A stretch of DNA of 63,718 nucleotides, counting the filler, from Sphingomonadaceae bacterium (GTDB lineage: Bacteria; Chloroflexota; UBA6077): the NCBI GenBank assembly GCA_050261575.1. It is 4 parts of 4 records of this genome, joined end to end, with 100 filler letters (N's around TTAATTAATTAA, not from the genome) between each part and the next. Parts side by side here need not be neighbours in the genome. Positions count along the whole stretch, not along the records: positions 1 to 18,774 come from JBLNDL010000030.1; 3 more parts are not named here. One strand, 5' to 3'. This document shows positions 9,208 through 17,307 of the stretch, one piece after another. A program made the position numbers and the translations under genes. The number at the start of each line of letters is the position of its first letter. The stretch's first letter is position 1. The notes below the pieces were generated by a model, which had not been told where the DNA came from, did not search any database, and saw only the letters and a list, made by a program, of their open reading frames with translations.

Positions 9208-11502
9208 GTGAGCGGGAACAATCCAAGAGACAAGAACGATGGAAGGCCCCCTCGTGCTGAGGGAAGCAGCCCACCCGAACGGCGAGGGGTCGTTGCCCGA
9301 CTCCTTCCCCAGTCCGTCCAGGGCATACTGCTGCTGCTCCTCCTGGTAGTGCTCGTTCCCATGCTGCTAGTCCAGGCGGGCACCTACTATAGCCGCTTCC
9401 AGATCAGGCAGGCGGAGGAGCTGCAATCCAACCTGGAGGTGGCTCGGGTGGTAGCCACTGCCTTCGAGGGATTCGTCCAGGACGTCTCACGGCAGGAGTT
9501 GACCCTGGGCACGACCCTCACCTCCTCCCAGGTTCTCCCCCCCGCGGAAGTCGACCGGCTGCTGACGGAGGCCGCTAGCCAGTACCCGCCCATAGACCGT
9601 TTCAACTGGACCACTCCCGAGGGTATTGTGGCCGCATCCAGCGACCCCTCGGCAGTGGGGCTGGATATAAGCGACCGTGACCACGTCCGCGCGATCGTCG
9701 AAGGACAGGATGTATTCGTGGGCGACCTGATCGTGTCCCGGTTGGACAGTGAGCCGGTCTTCGCGATCTCACGTGGGATCAGAGACGATCAGGGCAATTT
9801 GCGGGGCATCATGGCGGCCATCGTGAGCGCCGACCGACTCGGCGGGGCCCTCCCCGTCCAGCGGGAAGGCGGGGGGGCGATCTTGGTGATCGACCGGAAC
9901 GGCTTCCTGATCTACCGGCGGCCGGAGATGCCCATGACCATGGAGCAGCGGAACCTCGCCGCAACCCAGCCGGCCATCGCCGAGGCGCTGAAGGGCAGGG
10001 AAGTCACGGGCACCTTCGAACCTGACGCCGAGGGCGGTGAGCGAATCATAGGCATCGCTCCCATCCGCTCTATCGGCTGGCTCGCCGCGGCCAGCCGGTC
10101 CAGGGAGGAAGCGTTCGCCCCCCTTATCCGCGAGATGGTTCGGGACACCGCCCTCTCCCTGGTCGTCGCCATCTGTACGTTCCTGGTTGCCCTGTCGCTC
10201 AGCCGCACCATCTCCCGACCCTTGAGGCGGATGGAACAGGATGCCGTGGCCTTGGGACGCGGACAGTTGGAGCGGCGGGTCGAGCCGGCGGGGCCGATCG
10301 AGCTAAGGCAGGTTGCTGAAGCCCTGAATCGGGCGGCCGCAGAGATCCAATCGCGACAGGAGCAGTTGAGGCGGACGAATCAGCGGCTGGTGACGACCAG
10401 CCTGCGCGAAAAGGAACTGGCTAAGGAGACCCAGCGCCGTGCGTCGGAGTTGGATGCCACCATCTCCTCCATAGCCGACGGCGTCGTGATCTACGACTGC
10501 GACGGGACGATCATCCGCATGAATGCGGCTGCGGAGAGGATCCTCGCCTTCTCCCCAGCCGAGCGCCGCCTACCTCTGCTCGAGAGGATGTCGATGCTGA
10601 GAACGGAGAGTGCAGACGGGAAGCCGATACCGCTCGAAGAGACACCGGCCGTCCGGGCGCTGAAAGGTGAGACGGTCCTGGGCACCGTCTCGGTGATCCA
10701 TCGACCAGACGGCACCGCCATCTGTGTATCCACCAGCGCGGCGCCCATCCGCACCCCCGACGGAAACACCATCGGTGCTGTCTCGTCCTTCACCGACATC
10801 ACAGCTCAGCGCGAGTTGCAGAAGGAGCGAGAGGACCTGCTCCACACCGTCTCCCACGACCTGCGAACCCCGCTGACTGTGATCCAGGGCCAGGCCCAGC
10901 TCCTGGTCCGTGCACTCGAACGAGCGGGGATCGACGGTTCCCTGCGACGCAGCGCAGAGACCATAATCACCAGCGCCCAGCGGATGAACGGGATGATCCA
11001 GGATCTGACGGACTCCGCCCGGCTGGAATCGGGGCAACTGAAGCTGCATCGGGAACCGATCGATCTGCGAGCCTTCCTGGAGGGCCTGAGGGATCGGCTG
11101 TCCGGTGCCATGGAGGTGAGCCGCCTCATAATAGAGGCTCCAGAGAGGCTTCCCCGCGTGTCCGCAGATCCGGATCGGTTGGAGCGGATACTCACCAACC
11201 TGCTAGCAAACGCCCTGAAGTACTCGGCCCCCGGTACGCCGGTCACGATTCGCATGGAGCAGCAGGATGGGCAGGTAGTCACATCGGTGATCGACCAGGG
11301 ACCCGGCATCCCCCCAGAGGAGCTCCAGCAGCTCTTCCAGCGGTATCGCCGGGCCCGGCGGGCCGAGGAGATGCGAGAGGGGCTCGGCCTCGGCCTCTAC
11401 ATTACGAAGGGGCTAGTGGAGGCCCACGGCGGAAGGATCTGGGCAGAGAGCCAGGTAGGCAAGGGGAGCGTCTTCAGCTTCACCCTCCCGACAACGCAGT
11501 AG
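9208..11502 (+). CDS. Sensor histidine kinase (Cache-HAMP-PAS-HisKA-HATPase)
   Basis: Two TMs, SHDLRTPLT, NLLANALKYS, DQGPGI, GLGLGLYI. Confidence 0.93.
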   Translation: MSGNNPRDKNDGRPPRAEGSSPPERRGVVARLLPQSVQGILLLLLLVVLVPMLLVQAGTYYSRFQIRQAEELQSNLEVARVVATAFEGFVQDVSRQELTLGTTLTSSQVLPPAEVDRLLTEAASQYPPIDRFNWTTPEGIVAASSDPSAVGLDISDRDHVRAIVEGQDVFVGDLIVSRLDSEPVFAISRGIRDDQGNLRGIMAAIVSADRLGGALPVQREGGGAILVIDRNGFLIYRRPEMPMTMEQRNLAATQPAIAEALKGREVTGTFEPDAEGGERIIGIAPIRSIGWLAAASRSREEAFAPLIREMVRDTALSLVVAICTFLVALSLSRTISRPLRRMEQDAVALGRGQLERRVEPAGPIELRQVAEALNRAAAEIQSRQEQLRRTNQRLVTTSLREKELAKETQRRASELDATISSIADGVVIYDCDGTIIRMNAAAERILAFSPAERRLPLLERMSMLRTESADGKPIPLEETPAVRALKGETVLGTVSVIHRPDGTAICVSTSAAPIRTPDGNTIGAVSSFTDITAQRELQKEREDLLHTVSHDLRTPLTVIQGQAQLLVRALERAGIDGSLRRSAETIITSAQRMNGMIQDLTDSARLESGQLKLHREPIDLRAFLEGLRDRLSGAMEVSRLIIEAPERLPRVSADPDRLERILTNLLANALKYSAPGTPVTIRMEQQDGQVVTSVIDQGPGIPPEELQQLFQRYRRARRAEEMREGLGLGLYITKGLVEAHGGRIWAESQVGKGSVFSFTLPTTQ

Positions 11503-11542
11503 GGGCGAAGCGCCCTGCCGCGACAGAATGCTTCGCCCCTAC
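11499..11542. repeat. GTAG REP-like hairpin between convergent genes
   Basis: GTAGGGGCGAAGC...GCTTCGCCCCTAC perfect inverted repeat. Confidence 0.75.
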
Positions 11543-11553
11543 GCGGTCAATCG

Positions 11554-13917
11554 CTATGCCTTCACCGGTATCCTTCGCTCCCTCGGCTCCTCCTTCCCCC
11601 CGGGCGCCGGCAGATCCTCTCTAGCCGATCGCTGGTGGAAGAAGGCGGTCACGGTGAACCAGGCCAGCGGCATAACACCCACACCGATGAAGATGCTGTC
11701 CGGCAGGATGCGCGCCCACAGAAGGGCGTGGACCAACGGCTGGCGGTAGAACTCGAGGCTGCGAGCGGACCAGAAGCCGTTGGTGAATGCCTCGCCGACC
11801 TGCATCAGGCCGATGGGAAGCAGGGTGATCAGGATCATCCCGGCCAGCCCCAGGTTCATCCCCCAGAAGGAGATCTTCAGCAGCCTTTCGCTCCACCAGT
11901 TGGGGTTCACCAGGTCCCGCATGGCGAAGAGCAGGAGCCCGACGGCGAGCATCCCGTACACCCCCACCAGGGCTCCGTGGCCGTGGGCGGCGGTGAGGAA
12001 GGAGCCGTGCTCGAAGTAGTTGACCGCAGGTAGGTTGATCAGGAAACCCAGCACCCCGGCCCCCACCAGGTTCCAGAAGGCAGTGGCGATGAGGAACCAG
12101 AAGGACGCCTTGTAGGGGAACTGCTTGCCCCCAGCCGTCACCAACCGGTACTGCCCGTACGCCTCCAGCACCAGCAGGGTGAGGGGGATCACCTCGAGGG
12201 CCGAGAACACCGCCCCCAGGGCGATCCAGATCTCCGGCGCCCCGATCCAGTAGTAGTGGTGGCCGGTGCCGATGATCCCGCTGCCCAGCAGGATCAGCAG
12301 TTGGAAGTAGAGGGCTCGGAGGGTCGAGCGCTTGGTCACCAGTCCCAACTTCACCATCAGGAAGCCGATGACCACGACGGCGAACACCTCGAACATCCCC
12401 TCCACCCAGAGGTGGATGATCCACCAGCGCCAGTAGTCCGACATGGTGATGTGGCTGCTGGGGTCGAAGAAGAAGGCGAAGCCGTAGAAGAATGGGATCG
12501 CCACCGCGCTGTAGAACAGCAGGTGTGTAAGCCCACCCCGATCCGACTCGGCCTTGAGGGCGGGCCGGAGCCCCCGGTAGACGATGAAGAGCCACATGGC
12601 CAGGCCGACGGTCAGCAGCACCTGCCAGACCCGCCCCAGCTCCAGATACTCCCAGCCCTGGTTGCCCAGCAGGAACCAGAGGTTGCCGAGCATGCCCTTG
12701 GCCCCGAGCCACTGGCCCAGCATGCTACCGGCCACCACCAGAACCAGCGCCCCGAACAGGAGGTCCACCAGCAGCCCCTGCCGCTTCGGCTCGCGACCCC
12801 CCACGATGGGCGCCACGAAGATCCCGAGGGCGAGCCAGGCCGTGGCGATCCAGAATACCGCCAGTTGCAGGTGCCAGCCCCTGGCGATGTTGAAGGGGAG
12901 CAGACCCAGGATGTCGAAGCCGTAGAAGCTGGAGCCCTCCACATAGTAGTGGGCCATCAGGGCGCCCAGGAGGGTCTGGACCAGCAGCAGCAGTGTGACC
13001 ACCGCGAAGTACTTGGCGGTCTTCCGCTGGCTGGGGGTCAACTGCGCGGTGCTAAGCTTCACCTCCTTGGCCGCCTCGAGGTTCTCCTCCATGGACATCC
13101 GGTAGCGGTGGTACAGGAAGAGGATCAGGGCGGTAAACAGGACCAGCAGCGTGACGCTGACACCGCTCCACAGCACGGAGGCCAGCGTCAGGCCGTTGCC
13201 CGCCGCGGCGTCGAAGGGCCAGTTGTTGGTGTAGGAGTAGCTGAGGCCCGGCCGGTTGACCGTAGAGAGCCAGGCGGTCCAGACGAAGAAGTCCGCCATC
13301 TGCGCGATCTGGTCTCCCTCGGCCACGTAGGCTCGATCCGCCACCGGCATGTGCTGCTCCCGGATCAGGTTCGGCGGGAGCGCCCTCTCCACGTCGCCCT
13401 GGGTGAACAGTTGCCGGTAGTGGTTCCGCACCTGCTCCAGGCCGTAGGCCTGCGCAGCGCTGAAGGTGAGGTTCCCGGTAGCGGGATCGTACCTGTTGGT
13501 CTTGAGTTCGGTCCTCACCCGTTCTGCGATGACCGCCTGCTGTTCGGCGCTCAGCGTGGCGAAATCGGCGCCGAACTGGGCTCGGGCATGGTAGTCCTGC
13601 ATTGCCACGGTCATCAGGTGGAGGCTCTCGGCCGTGAAGTCGGGGCCGAGGTAGGCACCGTGGCCGAGGACGGAGCCGTAGTCCATCAGGTTGTACTTCT
13701 GATAGACGGCCTTGCCGCCGGAGACCGCCTCTCCGGTGGTGAGCGTGTGGCCGGACTCGTCGACGATCCTCGCCGGGATGGGGGCCTGGCTGCGGAAGAC
13801 GGCGAAACCGCCGAAGAGGAGCCCGGAGAAGCCGATGAGGATCGCCAGGATCAAAGCGTGTTTCCAGAGTCCGACTCCGCCTCTGGAATGGTCGACCTGC
13901 ACTGCGGTGACTGCCAT
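11554..13917 (-). CDS. norB: Quinol-dependent nitric oxide reductase (qNOR)
   Basis: GSVLGHGAYLGPDFTA, YTNNWP, WWIIHLWVEGMFE, GTGHHYYW, AHGHGA; SD GGGAGG before ATG 13917. Confidence 0.95.
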   Translation of the reverse strand: MAVTAVQVDHSRGGVGLWKHALILAILIGFSGLLFGGFAVFRSQAPIPARIVDESGHTLTTGEAVSGGKAVYQKYNLMDYGSVLGHGAYLGPDFTAESLHLMTVAMQDYHARAQFGADFATLSAEQQAVIAERVRTELKTNRYDPATGNLTFSAAQAYGLEQVRNHYRQLFTQGDVERALPPNLIREQHMPVADRAYVAEGDQIAQMADFFVWTAWLSTVNRPGLSYSYTNNWPFDAAAGNGLTLASVLWSGVSVTLLVLFTALILFLYHRYRMSMEENLEAAKEVKLSTAQLTPSQRKTAKYFAVVTLLLLVQTLLGALMAHYYVEGSSFYGFDILGLLPFNIARGWHLQLAVFWIATAWLALGIFVAPIVGGREPKRQGLLVDLLFGALVLVVAGSMLGQWLGAKGMLGNLWFLLGNQGWEYLELGRVWQVLLTVGLAMWLFIVYRGLRPALKAESDRGGLTHLLFYSAVAIPFFYGFAFFFDPSSHITMSDYWRWWIIHLWVEGMFEVFAVVVIGFLMVKLGLVTKRSTLRALYFQLLILLGSGIIGTGHHYYWIGAPEIWIALGAVFSALEVIPLTLLVLEAYGQYRLVTAGGKQFPYKASFWFLIATAFWNLVGAGVLGFLINLPAVNYFEHGSFLTAAHGHGALVGVYGMLAVGLLLFAMRDLVNPNWWSERLLKISFWGMNLGLAGMILITLLPIGLMQVGEAFTNGFWSARSLEFYRQPLVHALLWARILPDSIFIGVGVMPLAWFTVTAFFHQRSAREDLPAPGGKEEPRERRIPVKA

Positions 13918-13982
13918 CTCATCCTCCCGTTGTCGTGGCGTCGGCGCGGGACGCTCCGCACCAATTCGACCTTGTTGGTCGC

Positions 13983-14025
13983 ATTCTGCCACCACGAGAC
14001 AGCCACCGCAGCGACAAAAGTCACA
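13983..14025 (-). promoter_or_regulatory. CRP/FNR-family box plus -10 of qNOR
   Basis: AGCGACAAAAGTCACA (14010-14025) lies 21 nt upstream of TGgCAGAAT; near-identical to the box at 3561. Confidence 0.7.
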
Positions 14026-14045
14026 ACTGGATGCAGCCCCCGAGG

Positions 14046-15191
14046 TCAGATCAGCTCACCGTCACGCGGCTCGTAGACGCAGCGAGACTCCTCACCCAGG
14101 TAGTCGCCGGTGAGGGCCCAGGCCCGCGCCCGGCTCCCGCCGCACACACGCCGGTACTCGCAGGCGCCACACCGACCCTTCAGCAGCGAAGGATCGCGCA
14201 GCTCCCGGAACAGCCGGGAGTTCCGGTAGATCTCCGCGATATGCGTCTCCCGAACGTTGCCGGCCGGAAGCTGGAGGAAGCCGCTGGGGCACACGTCGCC
14301 GATGTGGGAGATGAAGCAGAAGCCCTTGCCGTCGTTCACACCTTGCTGGGGACGATCGAGGCCGTCCTGGAAGCTGTAGCCTGCACCCGTCAGCGCCTGG
14401 TGGATTGCGCCCTTCTCACCTAGCTCTGCCCGGGTCCGCTCGATCACCACCCGGCGGTAGTGCTGCGCAGCCGTGGTCCGGACGTCGAAGGCGGCCGTCT
14501 TGGAGAGATCGTACATCCAGTGGAAGGTGTCCTCGTGCTGCTGCGCCGAGACCATGTCGTCTTCCTTGCCACGCCCAGTGGGCACCAGGAAGAAGATGTT
14601 CCACATGAGGGCGCCGAAGCTGGCGATCAGTCCGGCCATCGCGGGCAGATCGGCCAGATTGCGCTTCGTCACCGTGGTGCCGATCTGCAGGGATAGGCCG
14701 ATCTCCCGAGCCGCCTCGATCCCACGAAGGGTGCGGGCGTAGGAGCCATCCACCTGGCGGAAGGCGTCGTGGATCTCAGGGGTGGAACCGTCCAGACTGA
14801 GGTGGATCCTCACCACCCCTGCGTCCTTGGCCCTCTGAAGATTCGCTTTGGTGAGCAGAGCCGTCGCGCTGGGAGAGAGGGACACCCTCAGACCCCGCTC
14901 AGCCGCGTGGCGGATCAGGTCGTAGACGTCTCGCCGCATCAACGGGTCGCCGCCGGTGACGACCAGGATCGGGTTCCCCATCTCGGCGATCTGGTCGATC
15001 AGGCGGAAGCCCTCATCGGTGCTCAACTCGCGAGGGTCGCGCCTGGGCTGCGCCGAGGCTCGGCAGTGGACGCAGGCCAGAGCGCACGCCTGGGTGATCT
15101 CCCAGGCAACCGTAAAGGGGGACAGATCGAAATCGACATCGGTTAGCGCCGGCATGCCCTTGCTGCCGGCAACCACCTGGGAGCCGTGCAT
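14046..15191 (-). CDS. Radical SAM/SPASM protein, Ahb/NirJ-like heme-related (TIGR04053 type)
   Basis: WEITQACALACVHCRASA, TGGDPL, FFLVPTGRG, CPSGFL, CGACEYRRVCGGSRARA. Confidence 0.88.
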   Translation of the reverse strand: MHGSQVVAGSKGMPALTDVDFDLSPFTVAWEITQACALACVHCRASAQPRRDPRELSTDEGFRLIDQIAEMGNPILVVTGGDPLMRRDVYDLIRHAAERGLRVSLSPSATALLTKANLQRAKDAGVVRIHLSLDGSTPEIHDAFRQVDGSYARTLRGIEAAREIGLSLQIGTTVTKRNLADLPAMAGLIASFGALMWNIFFLVPTGRGKEDDMVSAQQHEDTFHWMYDLSKTAAFDVRTTAAQHYRRVVIERTRAELGEKGAIHQALTGAGYSFQDGLDRPQQGVNDGKGFCFISHIGDVCPSGFLQLPAGNVRETHIAEIYRNSRLFRELRDPSLLKGRCGACEYRRVCGGSRARAWALTGDYLGEESRCVYEPRDGELI

Positions 15192-15228
15192 CTTCGCCTC
15201 CTGGGATCGTATTAGCACCCCTACACAA

Positions 15229-15304
15229 TTACGCAGACACGGAGTCACCGAGCATCCTCTGGTACCCTCGGTGTAGTCCCGGTGCCCCCGTGTCTCGGTG
15301 GTAA
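15229..15304. repeat. CACCGAGACACGG-type palindromic repeat
   Basis: AGACACGG...CCGTGTCT inverted arms; the 15-mer ACCACCGAGACACGG is shared with 28107-28121. Confidence 0.6.
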
Positions 15305-15395
15305 ACCCTGTTGGCGCACTTAGTTTACTCCGTCAACCAAACTGGGTCCAGTTGGTATGGACTCGATCGAGTGCTGCGGTTCCTCGCAGGGAACG

Positions 15396-15469
15396 CTGAG
15401 CAGGTATCTCTAGATTGAGTACACGTCTCCCGCCATAGGAGTTGACACGAACCAGAGATATCTGCTTAG
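15396..15469. mobile_element. ~70-bp TIR element (MITE-like), copy A
   Basis: AGCAGGTATCTCT...AGAGATATCTGCT termini; core homologous to 28032-28105 and 46703-46775. Confidence 0.65.
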
Positions 15470-15511
15470 ACTTCTGCAGTTAGGGTTTCCCGACAGCTTT
15501 GGAGGCTAGTC

Positions 15512-16147
15512 ATGAGTAGGCGGCGTGCCACCCTGCTGCTTGCGCCGTTGATTCTGGCCGCGTTCGTGATGGCGATGGCGGCCCTCCGTTCGCCCGCCAC
15601 CGGCGGGCCTGGTCCCAGCACCGATCACGCCACCACACTACCCGCCCCTCCTACACTAGCCCCAGAGGTGGAGAGGCTGACCCGCCGAGACGCAGGTGAA
15701 GGAGGTGCCAGGGTGGCGGCCACCTGGCTGACGCCCGACTACCTGCGCGCTCACCCCGATGAGGCCCCGGGGTTGGACTCTCAACTGTACCTGGTCTTCA
15801 GACTGGAGGTGGACTCCCCGACGCTGGCAAAGATGTCGGTCTGGGATCTCAAGGGGATGATCTTCTTTCGGGAGGAGGGAGGTAGGGAGTACGGGACACC
15901 CGTGTGGCACCCCTCACAGGACGGCAGCCGCAAGGTGGGTATCGCCGCCTTCCCCAGGACGAACGCCCGCGGCAACCCCATCCCCGACCCTCGAGCCCGC
16001 TACTTCGAACTGGTGGTCCGAGACCTGGCCGGGGTGAAGGAGCGGGTCCTCAGGTGGGAGTCGGCGCCGGTGCGGGCGCAGTCTGGGGCAGGGCTGCCCC
16101 GACTCCGACCGGCACCGCTCCGGCCCGCCCTGGTACGTGGGGCATAG
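15512..16147 (+). CDS. Hypothetical exported/membrane-anchored protein
   Basis: GGAGG SD, N-terminal hydrophobic segment, C-terminal ELVVRDLAGVKERVLRW. Confidence 0.7.
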   Translation: MSRRRATLLLAPLILAAFVMAMAALRSPATGGPGPSTDHATTLPAPPTLAPEVERLTRRDAGEGGARVAATWLTPDYLRAHPDEAPGLDSQLYLVFRLEVDSPTLAKMSVWDLKGMIFFREEGGREYGTPVWHPSQDGSRKVGIAAFPRTNARGNPIPDPRARYFELVVRDLAGVKERVLRWESAPVRAQSGAGLPRLRPAPLRPALVRGA

Positions 16148-16252
16148 TCCACGAGATCGACGAGATACCCGTCGCAGACAGGCTGCGACGCTACATCGTG
16201 GCGGTGCCCTGGACCACGCCGAACGCGATGCGGATGGCACGTCCCTTCGGGA

Positions 16253-16560
16253 TCACCGTGAGGGGACACGGGCGACGGGAAGGGAGAGGGAAAAGGTGCT
16301 GCCAACCCCCAGCCCGCTCTCCGCCGAGAGCGTGCCGCCGTGAGCCTCCACCAATCCCCTCGTTATGAACAGACCCAGCCCGAGACTCTCGCCTCGGCCT
16401 CCTCCCTCGCCGCCGTCTCGCGAGCCAGGCGGACCCTGGCTGCCTCCTCCGCCCGCTGAGAGGCGGTCAGCAGCTCCGTGTGGAGGCGGGCGTTCTCCAG
16501 CCCGCTTCCCAAGATGTCGCCGATGGCGTCTCGAAGCTGACCCTCGACCATCAACCCTCT
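16253..16560 (-). pseudogene. Histidine kinase remnant
   Basis: Frame-split fragments ENARLHTELL... (GAF exit helix) and LGLGLFITRGLVEAHGGTLSAESGLGVGSTFSLSLP (HATPase end); no H-box. Confidence 0.7.
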
Positions 16561-16691
16561 GCTGACAATAGGAGGCATCCTCGCCCCGTCGCTCGTAATC
16601 CCGAAGCCACGCGAATTCTGCGCCGACCAGTGCACGCCCAGTGCCACTACCGTTTGCCACGCCCCACCCGAGAGCAATGCCAGTTGAATTT

Positions 16692-16724
16692 GCAGTTGAC
16701 AAGACAGCTCCGGCGGGGTAGTCT
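16692..16724 (+). promoter_or_regulatory. sigma70 promoter with overlapping NiaR-like operator
   Basis: TTGACA (16696) -17 nt- TAGTCT (16719); GCAGTTGACAAGACAGCTCC resembles the CAG.TGTCnnGACA.CTG palindrome. Confidence 0.65.
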
Positions 16725-16769
16725 TCTCGCCGAGTCCATCGGCCACGTATTCCCTTCCGGAGGTTCCCC

Positions 16770-17285
16770 TTGAGCGAAGAGAGACGTCGACGGCTTCTGG
16801 CCCTGCTGTCCGACTCGCGAAGGCCGGTCTCGGGGTCGGAGTTGGGCCAGCGGTTGAATGCCACGCGGCAAACGGTAGTCCAGGATGTGGCCCTGCTGCG
16901 TGCGCGGGGGGAGCCGATCGTTGGCACCGCCCGCGGCTACCTGCTGGCCACGTCCCTCGCCCCCAACACCCACCGTGCGCTCCTGCCGGTGCACCATCGA
17001 CCGGACGAAACCGAGGAAGAGCTCTCCCTCCTGATCAATCTCGGCCTCCGCATCGTGGACGTGGTGGTGGATCATCCGGTCTACGGCGAGATCCGCGGGA
17101 TGCTGATGTTGGACTCCAGGGAGGACTTGCGAGAATGGCTGGCGGGGATACGGGAGAAACGAGCCAGGCTGCTCTCCGAGTTGACCGATGGGATCCACCT
17201 GCACACGGTGGATGCGCCCAGGGCCGATCTGTTGGAGCGAGCTCGGCGCGCACTTCGGGAGAAGGGATTTCTGTTCGAGGATTAG
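16770..17285 (+). CDS. niaR: NiaR/NadR (YrxA) repressor, HTH_11 + 3H
   Basis: SGSELGQRL..TRQTVVQDVALLRA.G.PI..TARGY, HH, VDVVVDHPVYGEI, LTDGIHLHT. Confidence 0.92.
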   Translation: MSEERRRRLLALLSDSRRPVSGSELGQRLNATRQTVVQDVALLRARGEPIVGTARGYLLATSLAPNTHRALLPVHHRPDETEEELSLLINLGLRIVDVVVDHPVYGEIRGMLMLDSREDLREWLAGIREKRARLLSELTDGIHLHTVDAPRADLLERARRALREKGFLFED

Positions 17286-17307
17286 GCGGGATAGGAGGCA
17301 GTTCCAG

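Noticed and set aside
12256..14076. Long antisense/alternate-frame ORFs (e.g. 12256-14076, 19080-21104, 30183-31946, 49481-50986)
   Set aside because: Shadow ORFs of high-GC3 genes with no family motifs.
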